From the human T2T-CHM13v2.0 reference genome, Homo sapiens, in the NCBI RefSeq assembly GCF_009914755.1, contig NC_060933.1: a stretch of DNA of 64,000 nucleotides; one strand, 5' to 3'. Both the position numbers and the translations under genes were made by a program. Under the pieces are notes generated by a model that was given only the letters and a program-made list of their open reading frames with translations, was not told where the DNA came from and made no database searches. Below, piece after piece: positions 27,040-39,803 of the stretch. Position 1 is the stretch's first letter, and each line of letters begins with the position of its first letter.

Positions 27040-29655
27040 TTTTTAAATATATAGACTTTACTCTTTTAGAGCTGTTTTTGGTTTATAGAAAAATTGAGCA
27101 GAAAGTTCCCATATACTTTATGCCCCAACACACGCACAATCTCCCGAACTAATCCTCACCAGAGTGGTACATTTATTACAATCCATTAGCCTCCACTGAC
27201 ACATCATCACCCAAAGTCCATAGTTTACATTGGAGTTCATTCTTGGTGTTGTGCCTTCTGTGGGTTTTGACAAATGCTTAATAGCATGTATTCATCATTA
27301 TAGTATCATACAGAATAGTTTCACTGCCCTACAAATCCTCTGTGCTTCATCTAGTTATTCCCCTCTCCCCATAACCCTGTGGTAACCACTGATCTTTTTA
27401 CTGTCTCCATAGTTTTACCTTTTCCCAGAATGTTATGTAGTTGGAATCATACAGTATATTGCCTTTTCAGATTGGCTTCTTTCACTTAGAATGTGTTTAA
27501 GATTTCTCCATGTCTTTTCATAGCTTGATAGTTCATTTCTTTCTGAGACTGAGTAATATTTCATTGTATGCAATATTCAGGGAAAGGTGTAATGTCTGTG
27601 TCTAGATTCTTTTTTTTTTTTTTCATGTGGATGTCTAGTTGTTTCAGCACTATTTGTTGAAGAGACTGTTTTCTCCATTGCATTGTCTTTCATCCTTTGT
27701 CAAAAATCAGTTGACTCTACTTATGTGGGTCTATTTCTGGGCTCTTTATTCTGTTATATTGATCTATTTTTCTGTTCTTTTGTCAATGCCACACTATCTT
27801 AATTACTGCAGGCTTACAGTAAGTAGTGTCCGCCGGGGCCTGTTGGGGGTTAGGGGACAAGGGGAGGGAGAGCATTAGGACAAATAACTAATGCATGCGG
27901 GGCTTAAAGCCTAGATGACAGGTTGAAAGGTGCAGCAAACCACCATGGCACATGTATACCTATGTAACAAACCTACACATTCTGCACATGTATCCCAGAA
28001 CTTAAATTTAAAAGAAAAAAAAAGTAAGTAGTGTCAGTCCTCCAAACTTGTTCTTCCATAATGTGTTAGCTATTCTGAGTCTTTTGCCTCTCTGCATTTT
28101 GTTGATATCCACAAAGTAACTTGCTGGGGTTTTGATTGAGGCTATGTTGAATCTATTAATCAAGTTGGGAAGAATGACACCATGATAACATTGAGTTTTC
28201 CTATACATGAACATGGAATATCTCTTCATTTATTTAGTTCTTATTTGATTTCTCCTATCAGAGTTCTGCAGCTTTTCTCATATTAATCTTGTATATAGAT
28301 TTATATCTAACAAATTGGGGGCTGCTAGTGTAAATGGTATTGTGTTTTTAATTTCAAATTCCATTTGTTCATTGCTGCTATGTAAGAGAGCAACTGGCTT
28401 TTGTATATTAACCCTGTATCCCGAAACCTTGCTATAATTCCTTTAGTTCCAGAAGAGATTTTTGGATATTTTGGATTTTCTGTAAAAATCATGTCATCTG
28501 AAAATAAAGACAGTTTTATTTATTCCTTCTGAATCTGTATACTTTTCATTTTCTTGTCTTATGCATTACTAGGACTTTCAGTATGATATTCAAAAGCAGT
28601 AATGAGGGGGGACATTTTTTTGCCTTGTTCCTGATCTTAGTGCAGAGCTTTTAGTTTCTCATCATTAAGTATGATGTTAACTGTAGTTTTTAAAATAGAT
28701 ATCCTTTATCTCTCTATTCCTAGTTTTCTCAGAGTTTTTAATCATAAATGAGTGTTGGATTTTTGTGAAGTGCTTTTTCTGCATCTATTTATATTATTAT
28801 GTAGTTGTTCTTTAGTCTATTGATGTGATCAACTAAATTAATTGATTTTTAAGTGTTAGAGTAGCCCTGCATTCCTGAGATAAATCCCACTTGGATATGG
28901 TGTATAATTCTTTTTGTACATTCTTGGATTCTATTTGCTAAGTACTTTATTAAGGATTTTTACATCCATATTCATGAGAGATATTGGTATGTAGTTTTCT
29001 TTTCTTGTAATTACCTTATCTACTTTTGGTATTAGAGTATTGCTGGCCTCATAGAATGAGCTAAAAGTTCTTTCTTACTCTATTTCCATCTTCTAGAAGA
29101 GATTGCAGAGAATTGGCATACATTCTTCCTTAAATGTTTGATAGAATTCACCAGTGATCCCATCTAGGCCTGGTACTTTCTGTTTGGGAAGGTTATTAAC
29201 TATTGAGTTAATTTCTTTAATAGAAATAGGCCTGTTAATGTTCATTTCTTCTTGTATGGGTTTTAGTGGATTGTGGCTTTCCAAGAATTGGTCCATTTCA
29301 TTTAAGTTATCATGTTTGTGGGCACAGATTTGTTCATGGTATTCCTTTATTATCCTTTCAATGTTCATGGGATTTGTAGTGATTTTTTTATTCATTTCTG
29401 ATATTAGTAACTTGTGTCTTCTTTCTTTTATTTTCCTTAGTTAGACTTATTAATGGTATATCAATTTTATTGATCTTTTCAAAGAACTAGCTTTTGGTTT
29501 TGTTGATTTTCTTTAATAATGTCCTATTTTCAATTTCATTGATTTCTGTTTTAATTTTTATTATTTTTTTCTTGTGCTTACTTTGGATTTAGTTTCCTAG
29601 TGGGGAAGCTTAGATTATTTATTTTGGATTTTGCTTTTTTTTTTTTTTTTTTTTG
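27040..29655 (-). mobile_element. L1M (MA/MB-type) 3'UTR and ORF2 fragments
   Basis: ORF 29093-29395 resembles ORF2 (NLNEMDQFLE...PGLDGITGEFYQTFKEE); 3'UTR motifs at 27040-27570. Confidence 0.8.
27831..28022 (+). mobile_element. Very short L1PA7/8-like 3' end
   Basis: L1PA 3'UTR plus A tail; perfect 13-bp TSD AGTAAGTAGTGTC at 27818-27830 and 28023-28035. Confidence 0.92.
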
Positions 29656-30224
29656 CAAAAGAAGGTTAAATTCAACTGGTGTTTTATCTCTCACCTTTTG
29701 GATAGTTTGAGGGTATTTACTTCTCTGTAAACCATAGCTCAGTTCCTTTTTTGTTTGTTTGTTTAAAGGTTTGACAAATGCTTTCTGGGCTAAAGTGGCT
29801 TTGAGTGCTGAACCTGTCTATTTGACTTCATACTTTCTGCAGTTAGAACTTTTCTAAGTAATTTCTTATTATTTTATGTTTGTGATGCCTTCAAGAACAT
29901 ATTTAAAATATTTCATCTGAGTTTTATTAGTTTTCCCATTGGGAAGGTTGGTCCAAATTATTAGGTTTGCCATTACCAAAAACTTTATAATAGATGGATA
30001 TATATATATATAAATACACTCTAAGAATCCCTGGGCTTTTTTCATACAAATTTGTCCTTTAAGATTCATGTAATTATTAATATATTTGTAGTTGATTTTG
30101 ATATTCCATTTCCTTTTTCTTTGTTCCTATATATCATGCTTTTAAAATTATTTCTTTTAATTTTCTCTTCTTGTCTTTGTTTCATTCTTTCCCTTATAAT
30201 GTGGAAGTTTCATATCTTTTTAAA

Positions 30225-33200
30225 AGTTTTATTTTATCCTTAATTGACACAATGATTATACATATTTATAAGGTACAGGGTGATATTTCGATACCTGTAT
30301 ACATTGTGTAATAATCAAACTAGGATAATTCGCATATCCGTCATCTCAACATCTGTCATTTCTTTGAGGTGAGAACATTCACAATCCTCTCTTCTGGCTA
30401 TGTTGAAATTACAATACATTATTGTTAACTATATTCATGCTTTTGTACAATAGAACACCAGAGCTTGTTAATCCTGTCTAAGTATAACATAGATCTGTTG
30501 ACTAACCTATCCCTGTTCCCCACTCCTCCTAAATCTTCAGCTTCTAGTAACCACTATTTTACTCTCTACTTCTATGAAATCAACTTTTTTTGTTGTTGTT
30601 TTTTCTATATGTAATATTTATTTTTATTTTTTTTTATTTTACTTTAAGTTCTAGGATACATGTGCAGAATGTGCAGGTTTGTTACACAGGTATATGTGTG
30701 CCATAGTGGTTTGTTGCAACTATCAACTGGTCATCTAGAGTGTCAATTTTAGATCTTTCCTGCTTTCTCTTGTGGGCATTTAGTGCTATAAATTTCCCTC
30801 TTAACACTGCTTTAGCTGTGTCCCAGAGATTCTGGTACGTTGTCTCTTTGTTTTAATTGAATACAAAGAACTTCTTGATTTCTGCCTTAATTTCATTATT
30901 TACCCAGTAGTCATTCAGGAGTAGGTTGTTCAGTTTCCATGTAGTTGTGTGTTTTTGAGTGTTTTTTAATCTTGAGTTCTAATTTGATTTCACTGTGGTC
31001 TGAGAGACTGTTTGTTATTATTTCAGTTCTTTTGCATTTGCTGGGGAGTTTTTTGCTTCCAGTGATGTGGTCAATTTTAGAATAAGTGCCATGTGGCACT
31101 GAGAAGAATGTATATTCTGTTGATTTGGGGTGGAGAGTTCTGAGTTCTGTCAACGTTTATTAGGTCTACTTGATCCAGAGCTGAGTTCAAGTCCTGAATA
31201 TCCTTGTTAATTTTCTGTCTCATTGATCAGTCTAATATTGACAGTGGGGTGTTAAAGTCTCCCACTATTATTGTGTAGGTGTCTAAGTCTCTTTGTAGGT
31301 CTCTAAGAACTTGCTTTATGAGTCTGGTGCTCCTGTATTGGGTGCATATATATTTAAGATAGTTAGCTCTTCCTGTTGCATTGTTCCCTTTACCATTATA
31401 TAATGCCCTTGTTTGTCTTTTTTTATTTTTGTTGGTCTAAAGTCTGTTTTGTCAGAGACTAGGATCACAACCCCTCTTTTTTTTTGCTTTCCATTTGCTT
31501 GGTAAATTTTCTCCTGTCCTTTTATTTTGAGCCTATTTGTTTCTTTGCACGTGAGATGGATCTCCTGAATATAGCACACCAATAGGTCTTGACTCTTTAT
31601 CCAGTTTGCCAGTCTGTGTCTTTTAATCGCAGCATTTAGCCCATTTACATTTAAGGTTAATATTGCTATGTGTGAATTTGATCCTGTCATCATGATGCTA
31701 GCTGGTTATTTTGCACACTAATTGATGCAATTTCTTCATAGTATCGTTGGTCTTTATATTTTGGTGTTTTTGCAGTGGCTGGTACCGGTGTTTCCTTTCC
31801 ATATTTAGTGCTTCCTTCAGGAGCTCTTGCAAGGCAGGCCTGGTGGTGACAAAATCCCTCAGCATTTGTTTGTCTGGAAAGGATTTTATTTCTCATTTAC
31901 TTATGAAGCTTAGTTTGGCTGGATATGAAATTCTGCGTTGAAAATTCTTCTCTTTAAGAATGTTGAATATTGACCCCCACTCTCTTCTGGCTTGTAGGGT
32001 TTCTGCTGAGAGATCCTCTCTTAGTCTGATGGGTTTCCCTTTGTAGGTGACCAAGCCTTTCTGTCTGGCTGCCCTTAACATTTTTTCCTTCATTTCGACC
32101 TTGGAGAATTTGATGATTATGTGTCTTGGGGTTGATCTTCTCATGGAGTATCTTAGTGGAGTTCTCTGTATTTCCTGAATTTGAATGTTGGTCTGTCTTG
32201 CTAGGTTGGGGAATTCTCCTAGATAATATCCTGAAGTGTGTTTTCCATCTTGGTTCCATTCTTCCCATCTCTTTCAGGTACTCCAATCAATCATAGGTTC
32301 TGCCTTTTTACATAGTCCCATATTTCTCAGAGGTTTTGCTCATCCCTTTTCATTCTTTTTCCTTTAATCTTGTCTGCCTGCCTTATTTCAGCATGATGGT
32401 CTTCAAACTCTGATATTCTTTCTTCTGTTTGATCGATTTAGCTATTGATACTTGCGTATGCTTCATGAAGTTCTTGTGCTGTGTTTTTCAGCTCCATTAC
32501 ATCATTTATGTTCCATTCCATCATTTATGTTCCTGATTGTTCTAGTTAGCAGCTCATGTAAGCCTTTATCAAGGTCCTTAGCTTCTTTGCATTGGGTTAG
32601 AACATGCCCCTTTAGCTCAGCAGAGTTTGTTATTACCCACCTTCTGAAGCCTGCCTCTGTCAGTTCATCTATTTCATCCTGCATCCAGTTCACGCCCTTG
32701 CTGGAGAGGTGTTGTGATCATTTGGAGGAGAAAAGGCACTCTGGCCTTTTGGATTTTCAGCGTTTTTTCGTTGATTCTTTCTCATCTTCATGAGTTTGTC
32801 TAGTTTCCATCTTTGAGGCTGCTGACCCTTGGATGAGGTTTTTGTGGGGACGTTTTTTGTTGATGCTGTTGTTGTTTTCTGTTTGTTTTTCTTTCAGTGG
32901 TCAGGTCCCTCTTCTGTAGGGCTGCTGTGGTTTGCTGGGGGTTCATTTCAGGCCTTATTCATCTGGTTCGCTCCTGCACCTGGAGATGTCACTGGGGGAA
33001 GCTGGAGAACAGTAAAGATGGGTGCCTGCTCCTTCCATTGGTATCGCTGACCTTGAGGGGCACCGACCTAATGCCAGCAGGAATGCTTCTGTATAAAATG
33101 TCTGACAACCCCTGTTGCAGGGTCTCACCCAGTTGGTGGCACTGGGAGCAGGACCCATTTAATGAAGCACTTTGGCTGTCCCTTGGTGGAGGGGGTATGC

Positions 33201-35368
33201 TGTGCTGGAGGGAAACTTACTCGTCTGGGCTGCCCAGATTCCTCAGAACTAGCAGGAGGAAAAACTAAGTCTGCTGGTCCGTGGAGACTATGGCCACCCC
33301 TTCTACTAGGGGCTCAGGCCCAGGGAGATGAGAGTTCTGTCCTTGAGCCCCTGGCGGGAGTTGTTGGAGTTCCTGCAGGGAGGCCCTCCCAGTGAGGAGG
33401 GATGGGTCAGGGTCTCGCCTGAAGAGGCACTCTGGCTGCAGTCTGCCACAGCCGGTGTGTTTGGCTGTGGGGAATATTTCTTGCCACCAAGTCTCCCTGG
33501 CTCAGCAGGGGAAAATAGTGACCTGGAGCTATAGAGATGGCTGCCGCCCTTCCCCCGCCATGGGAGCTTAGTGTGTTAGGCAGCTAGCAGTCCCAGTGTT
33601 GGCTGCTGCCCCTCCCGCAGGGAGCTCAGACAGCTTAGGCAGCAGGCAGTTGCAGCTGTGGTGATGGCTGCAACTCCTCCCAGGAAGTCAGCAGGCTTAA
33701 GCAGATTCTAGCTGAGTGGCTATTGAGAATCTGTGTAGCTCTGTTGTTGGGACCCTAGGCCCTGGTGGCAGGGGCTCTCAAGTGGGATCTTCTGATCTGT
33801 GGGTTGCACAGTTCTGTGGAAAAAGCATGGTTTCCCAGGCTGGGTAGCACGCTCACTCACCACCTCCCTTGGCTGGTGGGTGGGGACTCTCCTGCCCTGT
33901 GTGGCTCTCAGGTGGGCTGCCACACCACACTGCACTTCCTTCCTCTCCGTGTGTCATACCAACTGCCTAGTCAGTCCTGGTGACAGCACCTGGATACCTT
34001 GGTTGCCGTTGCAGGGTTCGCATGCTGTTTTGGTTGTTTTCTGAATTCAACTTTTTAAAAATCCCACAAATAAGTGAGAATATGGGTATTGGTCCTTCTG
34101 TGCCTAGCTTATTTTATTTAACATAATGTCGACTAGGTTCATCCATGCTGCCACAAAAGAATAAAAATGATTTTATTCGTTTTATGGCTGCATGGTGTTC
34201 CATTGTGCACATATAGCACTTAAGAAAATCCGTGTATCCACTGATGGACATTTTGGTTGATTCCATATCTTGGCTGTTGTAAATAGTGCTGTAATAAACT
34301 TGAGGGTGCAGATGACTCTTTGACGTACTTATTTCTTTTCCTTTGGATATATAACCAGTAGTGGGACTACTGGATCATATGGTAGATATATTTTAATTTT
34401 TTGAGGAATCTTGACACTGTTGACCATAATGGATGTACTAATTTATATTCTCACCAACAGTGTATAAGTGCTCCCCTTTCTCCACATCCTCACTAGCATT
34501 TGTTATTTTTTTTTTTTTGTCTCTTTGATAATAGCCATTCTAACTGGGATGAGGTGATATCTCATTGTGGTTTTAAAAAGTTTGTTTTTATTTTTAAATT
34601 TTATGGATACATCATAGTATAGTTAACAATAATTTATTGTTTATTTCATTGTGATTTTGATTTGCATTTCCCTAATGATTAGTGATATTGAGCATTTTTC
34701 CATATGCTTGTTGACCATATAGATGTCTTCTTTTAAGAAATATCTATTTAGGTCTTTTCTCCATTTTAAAAATCATTTATTTGTTTTTTTGTTGTTATCG
34801 AGACATTTGAGTTTCTTATATATTCCACATATTAACCTCTTGACAGATGCATAGTTTGCAAATATTTTCTCCCATCCTGTAGGTTGTCTCTTTGCTCTGT
34901 TGATTGTTTCCTCTGCTGCGCAGATGCAATTTAGTTTTATGTAAATCCATTTGTCTATTTTTGCTTTTGTTGTCTATGCTTTTAAGGTCTTATCCAATTA
35001 ATCTTTAGCCAGATCAATGTCATAAAGCATTTCCCCTATGGCTTTGTCTAGTATTTTCATAGTTTCAGGTCTTACAGTCAAGTTGTTAATTTCTTTTGAG
35101 CTGAGTTTTGTATGTGGTAAGAGATAGAGATCTAGTTATTCTTTTGCATACACATATTCAGTTTTTCTAACATCATATATTGAAGAAACTGCTTTTCCCA
35201 ATGTGTATTCTTCACACCTTTGTCAAAAATCAGTTGGCTATAGATACATGATTTATTTTTGGGTTGTCTATTCTGTTTCATTATCCATATGTCTGTATTT
35301 ATGACCATGCTGTTTCAGTTACTATAGCTTTATAGTATGTTTTGAAGTCAGGTAGTGTGATGCCTCCT
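30225..35368 (-). mobile_element. L1MA-type host element interrupted by a younger L1 at 30590-34041
   Basis: 3'UTR at 30225-30589 resumes at 34042 and continues into ORF2-end sequence up to gtgatgcctcc near 35368. Confidence 0.75.
30590..34041 (-). mobile_element. L1PA8-like element: 5'UTR, ORF1 and endonuclease joined directly to the 3' terminus (about 3 kb internal deletion)
   Basis: ORF1 remnants (RSTPRHIIIKFSKVEMKEKMLRAAR), ORF2 start MTGSNSHIAILTLNVNGLN, GC-rich 5'UTR; 15-bp TSD tgaa(a/t)tcaacttttt at 30575-30589 and 34042-34056 with a TTTT/AA site. Confidence 0.9.
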
Positions 35369-36975
35369 GTCATTTCCCAAGGTAACTGTGCATTGGGAAA
35401 AGGGAAATGATCTGATCTTTTGGGGACTACTGGACACTGGCTCTCAACTGATGTTGATTCCAAGAGACATGAAACATCACTGTTGCCCTCTAGTTAGAGT
35501 AGGCAATTATGGGGGTCATGTGATTAATGAAATTTTAGCTCAGATCCAACTTACAGTGTGTCCACTCGATCCCAAAACCCATCTTGTGGTTATTTCCTCA
35601 ATTCTAACTGTGGTTATGTCCCCAGTGCAACTGTGGTTATTTCTCCAATTCTAATATGCATAATTAGAATAGGCATACTTAGCACCTGGTAGAATCCCCA
35701 CATTTGTTTCCTGACTTGTGGAGTGGGGGGGTATTATGATGGGAAAGGCCAAATGGAAGCCATTAGAGCTGCCTCTACCTAGGGAAATAGTAAATGAAAA
35801 GTAGTGTTGTATCATTGGAGAAATTGCAGAGATTCGTGCCACCATCAAGGACTTAAAAGATGCAGGGGTGGTGATCCCCACCACATCCCTGCTCAACTTT
35901 CCTATTTGGCCTGTGCAGAAGATAGATGGATCCTGGAGAATGACAGTGGATTATCATAAGCTTCACCAAGCAGTGACTCCAATTGCAGCTGCTGTACCAG
36001 ATGTGGTTTCACTGCTTGAGCAAATTAACATTTCCTGGTACCTGGTGTGTAGCTATTGATCTGGCAAATGACTTTTTCTCCATCCCTGTCTATAATGCCC
36101 ACCAGAAGCAGCTTGCTTTCAGCTGGCAGGGCCAGCAGTACACCTTAACTGTCATACCTCAGGAGTATATCAATTCTGCAGCCCCATGTCATAATCAAGC
36201 TCACAGAATTCTCGACCACTTGTCCTTCCACAAGATGCCACACTGGTCCATTATATTGATAACATTGTGCCAATTAGACCTAGTAAGTGAGTCTGAACTC
36301 ATTGGTAGGACATTTGTGTGTCAAAAAGTACAAATAAATCTGGCTAAAATTCAAGGGACTTATACTTCCTCGTGAAATTTATAGGGTCCAATGGTGTGAG
36401 ACCTGTCCAGATAGCCCTTTTAAGGTGAAGGATAGGTGTCTGGCCCCTCTTACACCCAAGAGAGAGGCACTATGCCTGGTGCATCTATTTGGATTTTGGA
36501 GGAAACACATTCTGGGTGATCAGGGATTTGGAAGCAACATGATTGGAAAATTGATGACAAAGATACCTGGGGAAGAGCAATGTGAATAGACCTCTATGAA
36601 TGGGCAAAGATATGAAGATATCTGTGTCCCATGTAAATACTCACCAAAGCATGACCTCAGAAGGGGAGGTTTTAATAAGTGGATAGGATGACCCGTTTTG
36701 TGGATACCAGTGAGTCTCTTTCCCCAGCCACCACTGTCATCGCCCAATGGGCTCATGAACAAAATGGCCATGGGGGCAGGGATGGAGGTTATGTATGGGT
36801 TCAGCAGCATGTACTCCCACTAACCAGGGCTGACCTGGCCACTGCCACCTTTGAGTGCCCAGTCTGCCAGCAGCAGAGACCAACGCTGAGCCCCCCAATG
36901 GCACCATTCCCAAGGGTGATTAGCCAATTACTTGGTGGTATGTTGATTACATTAGTCTGCTTCTGTCATAGAAGA
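35369..36975 (+). mobile_element. ERV-L (HERV-L-like) pro-pol fragment, decayed, no LTRs
   Basis: LLDTGS protease; [30 protein letters not shown] and FSWQGQQYT RT motifs; WAHEQNGHGG...CPVCQQ integrase zinc finger. Confidence 0.9.
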
Positions 36976-38873
36976 AGTATGGATCCCGTCACCCAGGTAG
37001 TGAGCATAATACCTGACAGGTAGTTTTTAACTTACCTTCTCCCCACCTTCACCTTCTAGTAGTTTAATTTTTATGAAGTTCAACTTTAAAATTTTTCCTT
37101 TTATGGATCATGCTCTTTGCTTTTGATTTCAACTCTAAGAACTGTTTGCCTAGTATTTTATTTTTTATCTTTTTGTTACATGTTGACACCTATGAGAATA
37201 CACACAGTCAAGAACAATGACTGGGCTCCTAAACTCAGGCTTGGAGTAAAGTAGGTGGAATCAGGGTCTGCTCTTCCAAGGCCTAAGCAGTGGCAGTATA
37301 GCCATGTTTGGTGTCAGGGATCTATGGAGTATGATCCAATGAGAAGGAAATCATTACAAAGGAACACAAATTAGGGTGACCTCTTATTTATCACTGAAAA
37401 CACCCAAGGCATTGGAATAATATAGATGTATCTTTAAAAGATCTGAAAGAAAAGCTTTGGACCTAGAATGCTGCATCCTATCAAATTATCAAATTGTCTA
37501 CTAAAGTAAACGTGCCAAAATTGTGTTTTTAGATATGCATGCACTCAGAAAGTTTTTCTTCAACTGGTAATTTATGAAGTCTTTCACCATTGCATAGGTC
37601 ATCTTGTTTATTAATAGTTTTCTATTCCATTGGCAATAAATGTTTATTTGAAGAAATTCAGACATTACAACTGTGTATAAAGAAGAGGAAATATTCTCCC
37701 TCCATGTTTCCCCCTGCCCTTCCATTCTTACCCCAGTGGCTACACACACATGTACATTCATATTCATATAATGTTTTAATGTAATGGATTCATACTTTTA
37801 CATTTGTTCCATATCTTAATTTTCTTACTTAATGGCTTTTCAAGGAAGCAGTAAAGATATATTTGATTCTTTGAACATGCTGCATATAGTTACACTTTAT
37901 GGAATTAGTCGTAGCATCTTTCTCCATTTCCCTATTGAAAAGGTTTTAGGTTGTTGCCATTTTTACCTATTATAAACTGGGATTTCCCTGAACATCTTTG
38001 GAGATTATATATACATATATCTCACAATATTCAATACACATTTACAATAATATTACTCAATACAAATTTATAATAATATTTCTATAGGCCTAGAGTCCTA
38101 GAAATGACAGTTTCTAGACGAAGTATTAAATCACACATTTTAAACACATAGTTTATGAGAAGGTGAACCAGAAGAAATGTTTCAACCTCCCCTGTGTGAA
38201 ATGGATAATTTCCATGTTATCCCTTGTGGTTTTTGTTCTTTCTGACCATTAGCATTTTTAAATTGTATGATAAAATATAAGAGGAAATTAAAAGTAAATA
38301 AAACTACAGCAGTATAATAAAGGAAGGATAGAAAGATAAAAAAGTAAAAGCTTAAGATTTAAGCAATAAAACATTTTTAGAAGGAGAAAAATAAAAAATT
38401 ATAAAAATTCTCAAGAAGAGAAAATTAGCTAAAATATATATCCTCCTCTTCCTTCATTCTTTCTCTTTTCAATTTTTTTGCAAAAACATTCAATGGCTAC
38501 AAATTACACATTTTTCAGCAATATATTGAAATGTGAAGAATTTTGGAGGATCTGCCTTAATAAAAGGAGAGAAATTTGTTTAGGAAATATTCATGGGGAA
38601 AGGATTAGATTAAAGCAGTTTTTGGAAAATGAGAAAGTGGAAAAAATAAATCTTTCCAAGAAAGAGGAGACACAGACAGGAAACGATTGTGATTTAAGAG
38701 ATACAGGCCGAATTGTTGGGTCATCATCAATGGATGTAAGTGCCCACAATAGCCTTGTCTCACATGGGTCAGAAGTGCTAGCTTCCAACAGCTTTGACTG
38801 TTCACCAGAAACCAGTAGAAAACACGTCCAAGTTGAGCAGATTCCACTTACGAGTTTTTCAAGAGGGTGCTTC

Positions 38874-39803
38874 CTAGGATCTCTTGCTCATAAGCTTCCT
38901 CAGGCCCTGTTTCAGGTCTTTGTTTCTCAGGCTGTAGATAAAAGGATTGAGCATGGATGACAAAACTGTGTAAACAATTGTTGCCACGTGGTCCTTGACA
39001 GCGTAGGTGGATGGGGGCTGTAAATAGACACAGAAGATGCTTCCATAAAAGAGCGTCACCACGGTGAGGTAAAAACCACAGGTGGAGAAGGCTTTGCGTT
39101 TCCCAGAAGTAGAGGGAATCTTGAGAACTGTAGTGAGGATTCGTATATAAGAGAAAGCAATGCAGAGAAAAGGAGTCACCAAAACAATAGGTGCTTCTGT
39201 CATCTGCACAATTTCATTGACAAATATGGAAGAGCAGGACAATTTCAGCACAGGGCTGAGGTCACAGAGAAAGTGGTGGATAACATTGGAGTCACAGAAG
39301 GTGAGACGATTCAGCAGAAGTGTGTGCAGGAGTGAGTGGAGGTGAGGAAATGAGCAGGAGAAGGCCACCAGCAGGACACAGTGGTGGTGGCTCATGGTGG
39401 TGACATAGTGGAAAGGGTCACAGACGGCCACATAGCGGTCAAAGGCCATGACTGCCAGAAGGCAGCTGTCACTGTTGCCCAAGGCATAGAGAAAATACAT
39501 CTGTGTCAGACACCCAGCATAGGAGATGGTCTTCTTTTCTGACAGGAAGTTCATCAGCATCTTGGGGACAACGCTTGTTGTAAAGCAAATATCAGTGAGA
39601 GACAGAAAACTCAAGAAGAAATACATAGGGGTCTGAAGATGGGGGTTGAAGCGAATGGCCAGGATGATGAGCAGGTTCCCTGTTATGGTGACCAGGTACA
39701 CGATGAGGAAGAGAACAAAGAGTGGCTTTTGGTCCTCAGGCCGGGAGGAGAGTCCCAGGAGGATAAACTCGGAGACACTGCTGGTATGGTTGATTCTTTC
39801 CAT
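38874..39803 (-). CDS. OR1L8: Olfactory receptor 1L8 (309 aa, starting MERINHTSS)
   Basis: Intact ORF with NHT glycosylation site, GN, LQTPMYFFL, MAFDRYVAVC, HFLCD, KAFSTC and MLNPFIYSLRN; ATG at 39803 (the ORF track start at 39827 is a non-ATG codon). Confidence 0.93.
   Translation of the reverse strand: MERINHTSSVSEFILLGLSSRPEDQKPLFVLFLIVYLVTITGNLLIILAIRFNPHLQTPMYFFLSFLSLTDICFTTSVVPKMLMNFLSEKKTISYAGCLTQMYFLYALGNSDSCLLAVMAFDRYVAVCDPFHYVTTMSHHHCVLLVAFSCSFPHLHSLLHTLLLNRLTFCDSNVIHHFLCDLSPVLKLSCSSIFVNEIVQMTEAPIVLVTPFLCIAFSYIRILTTVLKIPSTSGKRKAFSTCGFYLTVVTLFYGSIFCVYLQPPSTYAVKDHVATIVYTVLSSMLNPFIYSLRNKDLKQGLRKLMSKRS

Noticed and set aside
38478-38960. 160-aa plus-strand ORF overlapping the OR1L8 3' end
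   Set aside because: Non-ATG start, no recognisable domain, partly the antisense shadow of OR1L8.
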